Both the position numbers and the translations under genes were made by a program. The notes under the pieces were generated by a model. It did not search any database and was not told where the DNA came from. It saw only the letters and a list, made by a program, of their open reading frames with translations. Of a stretch of 64,000 bases of DNA, positions 40,301 through 54,306 are shown in pieces. The stretch's first letter is position 1. Each line of letters begins with the position of its first letter. The stretch spans positions 34,279,888 to 34,343,887 of the forward strand of contig NC_069003.1 of assembly GCF_001194135.2 (NCBI RefSeq). The letters run 5' to 3'. Origin of the DNA: Octopus bimaculoides. Lineage: Eukaryota.

Positions 40301-43300
40301 TTATCAGCAATGAAACCAATTGATGACAAAAATAGGAATGAATTCAAGTAAGCTCTGGTGTTGGTGCCACATAAAAAGCACTCATTACACTCTGTAAAGT
40401 GACAGTGTTAGGAAGGGCACCCAGCTGTAGAAACTGTGTCAAAGCAGACAGGGGACCCTGGTGCAGCAGCTTGCTTGGCTCTTGTCAAACTAACGCATTC
40501 CAGCATGAAAGATGGATGTTGAATGATGATGAGGAAAATACCAAAGTGCTAGAAAAACAAAAAGCAATGAAATAATGGCTGTGAATTTCAATAGAAATAT
40601 GGTAACAAAAAGGTTAAAAAGTTTGAATTAAAGGAAAATATAAATTGCAAAACAAGAAATAAAAATACCAATTGTAAACTAATCTTTTAATGACACTCAG
40701 TGGGGGGTCTGAATATAAGTATAATCCTATGTAATAAACAAAAGTACTTATGCTAATTCCAAACTCTCAGAATCTGAACTTAAAGATAGGCTCCCTTTCC
40801 TTGAATTATAGAGTGTTCTTTTGCCATGTTGTTTTCCAGGGTTCTGAGTGTATGATGGAAGCTGATGACGAAGATGAAGATGATGACTACCAGGAAGTGG
40901 ATAGTTCAATGGCCCAGGCTGTTGACGACGACTATCTTCTCCGTGTGGATGATGTGTTCTCAACAGGTGTGTTGAACTTCACTCTTTCTCTTCAACATAA
41001 TATATCAATTCTATTACATTATTATTATTTTTTATTGTTGTTGTTATTGTTATTCTACTGCATTATTATTATTGTTACTACTACTACTACTACTACTACT
41101 ACTACAACAATTTTCGCTATATTAACTCTGGCCACAACTGAACTTGTAGTCTGGTTTCAGTCCATGTCTAAAACTGCTTGATTCATGCTCTCAGCCATTG
41201 ATGTTCTTATGCAAAGGCATGAACATCAAAACCTCCTCACTTTCTATATATATTTTTGAGCCATCATGTTTACCCTGTGTTTGTATAACTCGTTTTCTTA
41301 TTGACTTATTTCAAATGTTTTAATCACGTTTTTTTAGACCATTTAAATGTTTCAATGAAAATAGATCTTCCACAAGATGGTGGAGAGGGCTGAAACAGTT
41401 TGATTACTGGACTGAGTATATAATAATAATAATGATGATGATGATGTTCAATTTCGTCCCCACACTACACGGTTGCCGTCCTTCTGAGTGGGAATGAATA
41501 AGTATCAAAACTCACTGATGATACTGTTGTCTTTCTCTCCCTTCTACAAACTTCTCAAAACATATTTACAATCTATTATTGCATTAAAACAAGTTTAGGT
41601 AATTAATAATTTTAGTTAAGCTAATAAATCCAACAGTATGTTTGCTTATTTTTGATTTCTCACTAGTGATCCACAGGAACTATAGTAATCAAATCTTTTC
41701 AGGCCAGCATGTTGTTTTTAATGATAATTCCAGTTTTCGTACTTATCATTTGCCATTCTCTCTCCATGAAGACAATGGTAATGAAACATCAGGTAAGTCA
41801 ACAAATATCTCATTAACGGTCTTTAAGTGATGTTGTTGTTATGAATGAGATGGTTCCTTTGATTTTTAATGTGTAGGGCAGCTAATTGTATTTAAAAGCA
41901 TAGGAGTTTGTAGAACCTGTTTGGTGTGAGCTGCGTATGATGTAATCATGTAAGTTATTACTGTAACTGGTATTCGGTCGGTTACGACGTCGAGGGTTCC
42001 ATTTGGTCCGATCAATGGAACAGCCTGCTTGTGAAATTAACATGAAAGTGGCTGAGCATTCCACAGACATGTGCACCCTTGACATAGTTCTCAGGGAGAT
42101 TCAGCATGACACAGGATGTTTTAGGCACATGGGCCACCGATTGCCCATTATTGCTATAAACACTACAATACTTATTTCAAATACCATCTGAGTTTATTAG
42201 TATCCCTGATGGATGTTTTGAAATAGCTGATTGAATTGAATATATTTCCCTCTCTTGGGAAAACCAGCTTTGTGTCCCTGAAAGAATCCATTTAATATTA
42301 GAGCCTGTTTTGCAGCGGGAACCCTTTCCTGGTATTAACTTTGTTACAGGATGACACTGATATTTGAGTGTTATGGATTATAGTACTCCATGTCATAGTA
42401 ATATGATGACAGATCTCTTTTCACATCTAATACCATTGCGAGTGGTTGTCCATTGGTGTGATAACAATATACTACAGATTATGTCACAAGTGGAGTGGTA
42501 CCATGACAATGGTTCTAGTCTCATTGCAAGACAATGTTTTGAAAGACTTTGATTCTGATTTCCAATTTTGGAAATAGTTTTGGTTTTTAGCAAAAAAATG
42601 TCATAATACGAAGGGCATCTATTAGCAGACGACCTTCTCATATGACACTGTTACACCATATTTGGTTTTAAAGTAAACAATGTTGAATATCATTTTACAT
42701 GGTTATATCACACTAAGCTATCATTTATTCAGTGTTACTCTTTCCTGGCCTTCTTTTTGTATTCATATATAACCTTAATATTGGCTCCTGCTACTTAGTT
42801 CTCCGTATTAAGTATTGTTTCCAAATAGAATAGATTCAAAATCAGCGTTTATTCCTTTGTTACACATCATAAGTAAACAGCTTGAAGGCAGCTCTTTGTG
42901 CGTGCGTGTGTGTGTGTGTGTGTAAATAAATCTGCTTTTCTTTTTTTTTTATTATATTTTCCTCCTGCATAAAATATTTAAATTAATTAACATTTGATGT
43001 TTATTGACATAACCCTTTAGCATTTGAACCTGCCATGTCTGGCCCAAATATTTTGTCTATTTTATATTAAAACCTTGCACCTACTTTTTTTACAATGTTA
43101 TTCGAAAAATAAACAATCACATCATTGTAATTTTGAAGCTACAAGATAATGCATGATTAATTTTAAAACAATATGAATAAATAAGCATTACATTTGACAG
43201 TAACGTGAATGCTGAAGGGTTAAATGTTAATGTTTCTGTTACAATAGTGTACTTAATAATAATAAAGCAGTTATAATTTTTTTAAGGCATTGATTTAGTT

Positions 43301-45156
43301 TATAAAGATCAAAAAAAAAAAAAAAAACTTAAATTTGTTGTGTATACTTTACCTGTCTCCACCTGTCTGCACCTATCTGCTATTGTTGTTAATGAACTTG
43401 TGCTGTTTTTCAGTTCCTTCTTTGCCACCTGCTCCCAGTTCTGTGCCTACAACCCATCCACTTTTGGTCCGTAACCCTGAACCAGCTCCTGTGATGGGTG
43501 TGGCCCGCGTTCATCGTGGCAACAGGCAGCGTAATACATATCGCTTTAACCCAAGCACCTCAACATTACAAGTTAATATCCACAGTGCTAACAACAGACA
43601 ACCAAACACACCAGTTATATTACAAAGGTGAACTCTCTCTATGACCATTATTTTTTCGATTTTGATGTTAGCAGGCCTAGAATAAGCTATTTCAGACATG
43701 ACAACCCTGTCTTGTATTCAGACAATGTTTCAAACTATATTATTCAATGTGTGTATTTTAAAGATAGTGTGTGATTTGAGGGAGAGGTTGTTGCAGAACC
43801 CTCATCTGTTGTTCATGACAGAAGTCCTCCCGCACACAAAAAAGTCAGTATAGACAATACATACATAGTCACATTCTCTCTCTCCTTCATTTTTCTTCTC
43901 ACTAACGTTTTTTTTTTCTTCTTTTTCTAGATTACTAGGGCCAGACGTTCTACAGCTGACAACTGGTCAAGGAGCAGTCCCCTCACAGGCAAGAATGGTT
44001 TTAGCTAATGAAGATCACCTGCGGTTTGTTTCTTCACGCCAAGATGAAGATGTCTTTGATGAATTGTTTCAGGTATAGTTTTGGTTTGTCTTGTTCATTG
44101 GGTTCATCCTCGCTTCCAGATTCCTACAACATAAACCTCTGACCCCAACAATACTGACCACTAAATTCATGAGCTAAAACGTTATCCTTCTGCAATTGAT
44201 TGCAATAATTAACTAACAATTAGTATATAGTTGTAATAATTAATATATAATTGTAGCAATACAATTAATATACGATTGTAATCAATTAACATAGGACTGT
44301 AATTAGTGTACAATTAATTAAGCAAAAGCAGTGAATTGGCAAAGTTGGATAGAATGCCTTGTATTTATTCTGACTCCCTGTGCTCAGATCAAATCCCATA
44401 AAGGTTACTTTTCATCCTTTTGGGGTTGATATAAAAACATGTGCCAATCCTTGTTGGTGGATTAGCAAAACTGTTGGGGGTTAGGGTTGATTGTTTTGTG
44501 GTATTTGTTCCAGCTGTTTGAGTTCTGACTGTAACAACTTGCTACGACACTGATTCAGCCGTGCTGTATCATTGCAAGTTGGTGGCCTCTTCTCTAGGAT
44601 AAATATCTGTGGTGCAGAGAGAAAAGACTGAAAAGTATGGGCCATTGCTGGTCTTCATCACAAGTAAATTGGCCATGACCTATTCTGACATCACAGATGA
44701 ATAGTCAACAACACTATATGAAAAAAAAAACCCCGTCCCTCCCTCAGTTAATCCACACCTTTTCAATTTATCTTTCTGATTCTCTCGATCTCTTGCAATT
44801 TGTATTATTAATGATGTAGCACTAAATGTTGTCATATTTTTGTATTTCATGTCTTCAGGATAATTACCCTGACAATAGCTCTGCTGGTCCCGGTGTCCTT
44901 TCTTGTATTCCCTCAACACTCACACGTTGGACTGAAGAAGCCAAGGTGCTTGATGGTGATAGTGTACATGATTGTGTGACCAGTAAGTTCATTCTGTACT
45001 TTTATTTCCAATGTGTATACACACACACCATTTGTGTGTATTTTTGTTTTCTTTCTGTTTTTTTTTTTTATGGCTTAGATGAGGAAGAGCAGTCCTGTGC
45101 CTTGCAGTGGTACAGATTGTACAAAATTTATGCGACCTCATAAAGACAATGTTAGG

Positions 45157-45196
<40 letters not shown>

Positions 45197-48100
45197 CAGC
45201 TTACTGTTTTATTCTTGTATTTATGTTATGAAAATAATCTTCAGTGCTGAATATTTCCAGTGGTGGTTTCTCCTTACTGATGGCAGTTGTCACTCTAAAA
45301 CCGGCACAGGCAACCATTTCTGAGAAGTGGGCCACATCAGACACAGCCTTATCAATTAGGTGGGCCATACTAAAAAAAAAAAAAAAAAAAATTGAGGATA
45401 ATTTTTCGTTAGGCATGCCATTCAGAAAGTTCTGAGGGTTGCCGGTTGCCCATGTCTGTTCAAAAATCTATTGGGAGAATCCAATTCTCAGATATTAAGA
45501 TAATTACTATTTTCGTAGTTTTGTTTTCTATTCAATAATTAATCAATAATAATTGAAGTGGGTTTTTTTTTTTTTTTTTTTTTTTTTTGTAAATTCAGTT
45601 TTGAAGAGTCAGATTATTGACGTTTTGGAGAAACATCGCAACATGGAATTAGAGGAACGCCGAGAAAAACGGCGGAAAGCAGCTGAAGAGGAAGCTGCCC
45701 AGAAAGCTGCTCAGAACAAAACAGAAGAAACGAAATATGACAGTGCTAATGCTGAGAAAAAGACTGAAGCCCCAACTTCAAACATGGAGGCAAGTTGTTA
45801 GAATTTCTAAACTGTTATTCCTGGTGATGGTGAAGGAGTAATTTGTGTTGCTGATGCTTATCCCAAGGCCAACTCTTGTCGGATAGGTCCCTTATGATCT
45901 AGTATTCCACCAGTAACCATTTCAGCTTTTATTCTGACTTAACTATATCCAGCCATATAAAATTAAATGTACAACATATAGAAGATAACTTTTAGTCTTC
46001 TCTCATGCCAGTAGCAGTAGTATATGCTGCAAGACATGTCCAACACCATACTCAAGCATAGCACACTGCCAAAGGTCTCGATCATTTGTCATTGCTCGTG
46101 AGGCCCAATACTCGTAATTTCCTTTTTATGTCTCACTGGCTGTCCAAGATAAAGATGAAATAGTTACGGCTAAAACTTCCTTGATTGTACATCTGCTGGG
46201 TTAACACGTATCTCCCCAAATAATATTACGAGTGGGGTGGAGGCAGGGGAATAACTACTTCTGTTTTTTGATTGATTCTAAAATGAATTTCTCTCTTTTG
46301 TGTGTTTCAGGTATCTTCACAGGGAGGAAGTGGTAACGAAGCAGCTGCTGCCACTCCTGTTTTGACATCAAATTTAGGAACTATTCCTGGGAAAGAAAAC
46401 ACTAGTACTCCTACAGGTTGGTAGGTTTTTCTTTCTCTCCAATTTCCAAAATACATAACCATGGTGATGCTCAATGTTATTTAACTGTAGTACCACTATT
46501 TGGTCTTTCTTGGTATGTTCTTATCACTTATACCTGTTCTCACCATTTCCCTGCTTAGAATTTTTTTTTTGTTTTTTTTTTTGCATATTTTCATGTAATT
46601 CTAGCAGTTAAGTTTTAAATTTTATGGTAGATTGTGTGTTTTCATCTGTTAAAAACTGGCACTCTGTTGGTGATGATAAACGTTCCAGGTGATCCGATCA
46701 ATGGAAGTTCATGAAGTTAACATGCAAGCAGCCAAGTACCCCACAGATAAATATACCATTAATGTAGTTCTTGGGAAGATTCAGCATGACACAAAATGGG
46801 ACAAGGTTGGCCCTTTGAAATATGAGTATAACTCATTTTTGCCAGCTGAGTGGACTGGAGCAATGTGAATATGAAATAAAATGTCTTGCTCAAGTACTCA
46901 AGGTACTGCCTGGAATCGAATTTGTGACCATATGATTGTGAGCTGAATACCTTAACCACTTAACCACACACTTTCACATGTTCACCCTTCAGAACTTAAA
47001 CCAGCCACATTCTCTTTTAGAAGTAATATTAGGATTATGTTGTCTTCATCTATTTTCATCTTTTGTGTAGATAAATATATATTTTTTTCTCTTTTATTTT
47101 AGGTGTCACTACAGAAAGTCAGAGTTCTGCTATGGAGGCTGAACTCTCAGAGCAGGGAGCTACCTGGGCCCCTCCTGGAAACCAGCCATCTTCAGAGAAG
47201 TCTGATTTCTCTACTGTGACAAGCAGTGTTCCTCTTCCAACAGGGGGCAGTGCAGCACAGCCAGCAGCTTCAAGCACTTCAGATGGAATTGGACTTTTGT
47301 GTACGGCTGGTCAGGTTTTGGCTGAGTCAGTCTCCACACCCCCTCAGCCAATCCCAATCAACACCCCTAGGGCACCAGTACCTTCATTACAGACACGTCT
47401 GTACGTATCACATTAATATTTTGTGAAGTTCTTTGTTTCTTATGAAAAAAGGGGGGGGGGGCAAACTCATAATGAACAATGTAGCCTAAAATTGCTGTAT
47501 GTTAATCACTTGATCACATGATCAATCAAACTGTTGGATGTTATACACCACTGGTCACAATGCACTTTGCATTGTTTTTAGCTTTTGAATTAGGCCAACA
47601 TTCCCCCTAATTGGAAGGCTGGTCTGTTGCAAGGCAATCCATTTACAGCTGAGTGGGTGAGAACCACATGAAATGAAGTGTTTTGCTCAAGAACACAATG
47701 TACCATCTGGTCTGGAAATTGAACCTACAATCTGGTGATTGTGAGTACAGCACCCTAACCACTAGGCCTTATACCATCACATATTATTAATTCACTTCAT
47801 CAATTATGTATTTGTGGCAGTTTAACCCAGGACATTAAAATGTCCAGCACTCAAGGTCAGAGTAGACCTGGGAACACTAGTAGCTAAGGAGTGATTCCAT
47901 AATCCTCAAAGCCCTGAAATTCCTAAATTAATTACACACTCACTTACTTTCTCACTCACTCACTCTCGTGCTCTCTCTCTCTCTCTCTCTCTCTCAATCT
48001 CTTTGGAAATGTTTCAGACTTTGTTTTCCCTTCCTCAGGACCACAAGAAACAAAAATTCCAACATGGAAGACGAGACTCCAATGGAAGTGATGGTAACTT

Positions 48101-49771
48101 CTGATAGCAGTGCAGCGACTGCACCTCAAGAAGGTGCTGCAGCCAGCAGCAGCCAAGATGCAGGAGCTGTCTCTTTTCAACCGGTTTTGAGGCAGAGTTC
48201 CGATGCTGAAGAGAAGCCCAGTACTGGCTTTGTTCCAGAGAGCACATCAATAGACCTCAGTGCTTCGTCTTCAGTTGTTTTTGGTGCAATGCCTGATGTA
48301 TTAGGGTTGCCAACAACAACCACCACCACAACGACAACTACTACTACTACTGCTGCCAATACTCCTGTCAGCTTGCATTCTACAGGCATGGGTAAGTAAC
48401 ACGACTTGGTTTGAGTCTAATGTCAGTGAGATGGCAGATCTGTTGGTGGGATTGTTTTTACAGCTACCATATTCAACCATGGAAAACAATGGAAGTCAAT
48501 AAATCAGAATTAGACTAAGCAATCATATGCGTTACTCAGGAGTAGAATACAGACTTTTAAGACTGTTTTCTCCCTTTCTGTTGATTATTTTTCTGTTCTT
48601 CTCAATTAGTTGTATTGAATCCATTTAGTTAGTGTGAGTGGGGTGGGTATCTATGATAGTGGAAATATCGTGTTTCACTCTTCCTATGTCTGTCTGTTTT
48701 ACAGTGAGTACTGACCCAACAACGCCAATTCGAACTCAAGCCAGTGGTATGAGTATTCCACAGTTAACTTCAAGCTTAACAGCAAAGTAAGTACCGTCTA
48801 GGATTTCTTCCTTCCATCTTCTAATGAGAATTCTTTGGTTTTGATTGTGTTGCTAATTGAAAATTTACATGTGGAAGTTTATTAAAATGTCAGTTAGGAC
48901 AAATGGTTTATAATTTTGTAATTTAAAACTTGTATATTTTCTTCTTCAGTAACATGACCGATGTATTGGCTGCTACGGCTTTTACTAGTACACCAACCAC
49001 TGAAAGCAATAGTATAGTGTCTGGCACTGATCGACCGTTAAGTATGTATGGTCCAGATGTCAGCTTTAACCAACCTCAACCAGCAAACCAAGAACAAGGA
49101 GGTGAGGCTTTGGGTTCATTAAGTTGTTTTGAAATTTTATTCATGTGTATTGAATTTTACTTCCCTTTTTTTTTTTTTTATCCCTTTCACTGTGAAATTC
49201 AATGTCATGGTTATTCTGGTAATGATGTTAGATATCAAAAAAGAAAACGAATATTTTCTTTAAGTCATGTTGCCTCTGTAAACTTGACACATCTTTTGTT
49301 TGTTTCAGTTGCGATACTGGCCATGCTGGATTTAGCTTAACAATTGAAGGGTTGNNNNNNNNNNNNNNNNNNNNNNNNNNNNNNNNNNNNNNNNAGACCG
49401 CGTTCTTATACTATGTCTCTTTTTGCTGAAAAAACTAAGTTACAAGGATGTAAACAAACCAAAAGCAGCTGTCAAGTGTTGGAAGGGGACACACAGACAC
49501 ATGCATCCCAAAACGCAGATAGATAGATGTATGGCAGGATTCTTTTATTTTCTGTCAACCAACTCCACTAAAGTCTTGGTCAAACCAGGGCTGTAGTAGA
49601 AAGCACTTGCCCAAGGTACAAAAACATAGTTCCAAACATGACATTCATGGGTAAAAGAAAGATTACACAGAACTGCTTTCCACAATTAAGGGTGATGATG
49701 TTTTGAGTGGATAAATCTGGTTCCTGCAGTAAAAGGCTTCAGTTTTTGTCTTTGTGTGTGTGCGTGCATGT

Positions 49772-49803
<32 letters not shown>

Positions 49804-52800
49804 ATACGTACATGTATGTCTATATACATAATATGCATTATCTATTTTAGAGCCATCACTACCTGAAGGTGTTGATCCATCATTTTTGGCGGCCTTACCT
49901 GATAACATTCGGCAAGAAGTGATAGCAGAACAGCTTCGATTGCAACGCATCCAACAGAGAGCTCAACAACAAGCTCAGAATAGTAGCAGTAGTATGGGTC
50001 ATTTGGAGGTGAATCCTGAGTTCTTGGCTGCACTGCCACCTGCTATACAAGAAGAAGTGAGTTCCTCATTTTTATTTCTCAACATGTCTTTGCTCTGTCG
50101 ATACTTCTTCCAGTGTCGTCGTATTCTGGCAGCTTATAGGAAATTTGCCATAAATATTTTTTGCTGTAGGAAAATTCACCACCACAAAAAAAACTTTTCT
50201 TGAAATAGCAACCTCATCAACTAACCTATCAATTAGAGAAAGATAATTTCTTTAAAATGACTTATCTAGTTTACAGTCTGCTTGTGTTCCTCCTTGACTG
50301 CAAACTTTCCCATGGCAGAAATGTCTATGGCAAATTTTCCGGTCATGATTATGGCAATATATAGAAAAAAAAATTGTAATTCTCAGAAACATCCGTTTTT
50401 ATCTTGAGTTTTAACTACAGTTTGATAAAAGTCATAAGCAACCAGTGTCCCAAGGGACTTTCTGAATGGTACACCCAAAATGGCACAAGAATTCACTTTG
50501 AATTTATTCAATAGTATGGCCTATATGATGATGAGCTGTGTTTTATACAACCCACTTCTTGAAAAAAAAGGTTACCTGTGCTTGTTTCAATAGATGATTG
50601 TAGTGTAGTTGGAGGTCAACAGACATTATCATAAATGTAACAAGCAGACTCCAAGCACTAGTCTTGGGTTATTTGATAGTTCTAATACTGAAATATAATG
50701 GGTTTTCTCTTTTGTTATCAGAAGCTAGTGGTTTTCAAGCAAAACATTTTTCAGAACTTGAAGAAAAAAAGAAGTAGGGTGGAATATTTTTAAAATTTTG
50801 AGATTTAATTCAGGTTGAGGAAAGATATTTTCACATCTTTCTCAAATTTGAACTTGGGAAGTATGGAGCTGAGCTCTTAATTTTCTAACTACATTGTTTA
50901 TTATGTCACTTGTTCTCTCGTTCTCTCTCTCTCTCTCTCTCTGTCACCTACTTTGTGAACATGACTAACTGTGGATGCTAATTATCAAATGTTGCAGGTA
51001 CTGTCTCAGCAGCGTGCTGAACAAGCCAGGTTGACTGCCCAACAGAACCCTACCAACCCAGAAACTCCAGTCGATCCAGCAAATTTCTTTGCATCGTTGC
51101 CCAGTTCTCTTCGTCAACAAGTGCTAGCAGATATGGATGATAGTATGGTTGCAGTGTTACCACCTGATCTGGCTGCTGAAGCCCAAGCGCTGCGGAGAGA
51201 ATTGGAAGAACGGCACCGTCGCTTAATGCAAGAACGTTTCTTTGCTCAAGCTAGTGCAGGTTCGCTGTCAGCTATACTCCGGCAAACTGGTCAGTTAATT
51301 CATCATTACAAAGAAGCCAATTATGTTCTTACTCTCCTCTCGAGTACCATTCTTATTACTCAACAATATATTTTAGATTCAACAGTCCTTTTCATTGTCT
51401 TGTTGGACCAGTTTCAGCTGTTCTAATAGTCTTTCAGTTATTTTTTTTGTATTCATTTCCTTGCAATTGTCTCAGAATTTTCTGACATAGTCTCTCCCTA
51501 TGGAGCGGGGAAAACATCAAATTGACTCTGAACATTGGGGTCAATTTGACCCTAAATTTATTTTTTTGCTTCACAATAGAAGAGACTTTAAGCAGTTTTG
51601 TTTTTATTTTCTCTAAGTCTGCCTGTTGCAGTAATTCATGTCACCTAAGCTATCATTATTCTAAAATGTTCTTATTTCTCTGCAGGTCTTGCTGGAAGAT
51701 TGGGTACACGCTATGCAATTCGAGCTGCCCCGCGCAGTGGTAACCAATGGTGTTGGAGTGGAAACCGTCCTGGACAGAGCAATTTAAATGCCAATTCTGT
51801 TAAACTGCGAGGACGACTGCTGCTTGATCACGAAGCTCTGACCTGTTTGCTTGTACTGCTGTTTCTTGATGAACCTAAAATTAACACAAACCGTCTTCAT
51901 CGTGTCTTTCGGAACCTCTGCTACCACGCACCAACTCGAGCCTGGGTGGTGCGGGCCCTCCTCTCAATCCTCCAGCGAACCAGCAACTGCACAAGATTTG
52001 ATGGTGTTGTGGGTGAAAAAGGTAAAACAGACAAATCGATGAGGAAACGGTCTCATTCCATGCAAACTGACAGCATAGCTGCCTTAAAAGTAGATACCAA
52101 GAACCAAGCGTCATGGCTGTCTATTAGCCTTGAAGCAGCCCTCGGCTGCAGGACTAATGTCTTCCAGATACAACGATCTGGCAAGAAACATCCAAACTTG
52201 GCTAACTCTACTGTGACTATACATCATCAAGCCGCTCCTGTGGTGTGTAGACATGTCTTGGACTCTCTAATATCATTAGCAAAGAGCTTTCCTAGTCAGT
52301 TCCTCCCACTCAGGAAAGCGAAAGAAGTTTCAAAATGTGATACAGACAAGGATAAAGATGGCAAAGACAAGGATGGTAAAGACAAAGATGATGTTGATAA
52401 ACAAAAAGATAAAATTGATGGGACTCCAAGCAGTCCACGTATTAAGGAGCGATCTGACAGACAGGAACCGAGTGGAAGCAGTCGACCTGATTCAGACTTT
52501 TGGGACCTTCTAGTGCGCCTGGACGGTCTGACTAACCGAAAGGGCAAGGGTCTACAGCGATTACACAGCACATCGGGTGTAGACACAGAAACCTACAATG
52601 TAACAGATTTTGAATCTTCACCTCTCGGACAGTTAATGGCAATGCTATCACATCCTGTCATTCACTCGAGTCAAATGTTAACGGACAGATTGTTACGTTT
52701 GTTAGGACTTGTTTCAATTGGATTACCAGAATTAATGGCTCAAAAACCACAAGAAGTCTCTACAACTATGAATCCGGTCAGTGCAGCGGTAACTACGCAA

Positions 52801-54246
52801 GCTGCCCCTACCTCAATGTCGTTATCCATAGCTGGTGCCCCTGCTGTAGCTGGTAATGTCACCTCTCCTGCTGTTACTAACCAGGCAGATCTATCTACAT
52901 TGACATCTACACTACCTGAAGCCGTCAGTAAGATGCCTTCAGCAGAAGAAACAACAGAGAAGACAGGTAAAAATAAAAATAAAAAAAACACCCTTTCCAT
53001 TTTGCTCTTTTCTGTGCTTTTGAAATGTCTTTGTGAAAAATTAGCTGATAAAGAAGGAAATGCCTTGTTCCACTATGTACTTATTAACTTAATTAATTGC
53101 TAGGTTTTGTATTGAGGAGTTGTTCAGTTTAGATTAAGTATTTAGCTGTTTAATTCCGAGCTTTTGTATTTCAATATGATTTCATTGTTGTTGGTTTTGC
53201 AGTTGTCTTAAGTAACTCTGGTCTTAACATGTTAACCACCATATCCTGTTAGTCGAACTTAACCTGTGGCACCATGTATTTCATTTTTGAATATCAACTT
53301 TGATGAAACTTTGATGGAAGGCTTTAAAACAGGAAGTTTGTATCCTAGAACGAAGAGGTGGTCTCCAGTGAAGTTTGATATCAAATAGATTAAACCCTCT
53401 CTCTCTCTCTTAATACACCACTTTACTGGCTGACCTCATCTTATAATACTCCTCTTTATCGCTCTCACCTTTTATTTTCTTTTTTTTTTTTTTTTTTTGC
53501 TACTCTATCATTATCTTTCTCTCTCTCACCTTTCTCTCTCTCTCTCACCTTTCTCTCTCTCTCTCACCTTTCTCTCTCTCACCTTTCATCAACAATCTAT
53601 GAACCAGAAACCTTTGATTACACCTACATGCATGATTCACAATAACTGCTTTGGCTTCATGTCCTCCTCCTCCTCCTCTACTTATCTTTTATTAACCTTA
53701 ATGACGTTGTTGTTTCTTTCGTTGGCAGAGATTGAAGAGCTGCAAGATTCATGGAAGAACCTCCTCATTTTAGAAAATCAACTTCAGTTAGCAGTTAAGG
53801 TAACATTCTTATTAATTGCATTGCTGTTCAGCTCCTTCATGATTGAATCAGTGGAGGTCAAGCCGTGAGTGTGTTGTATTCTATTGATGTGAATGAGTGT
53901 GTGATGGTGGTGGGGGTAGTTGCAGTTTTCCTCAAAAGCTATAGCAATAGACACCATCAAAAGGAAAGTAAAAAAAAAATATATTTTGAGGACTTGATTA
54001 GAGAAAATCTGGTTTATAGAGATTGTTAATTGAAAGGGGAAACAAATGAAAAAAAGAGGAGAGAACTAAGGATTTTGTTGATAGATAATGTCAGGAATTG
54101 GGCAACATCATCTTTGTTTAATGTCTGTGAGAAATTGTTACAGGTGTGAGGGGGATTAGTTGTACCTTTTTTGTCTATTGATATGTAAATTAATTACCCT
54201 TCTCTCTCTTTCTCTCTCTCTTTCTCTCTCTCTCTATCTCTCTCTT

Positions 54247-54306
<60 letters not shown>

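Noticed and set aside
45079-45109. AG after poly-T with EEEQ open frame and a GT donor
   Set aside because: 31 nt, not frame-preserving, no homology
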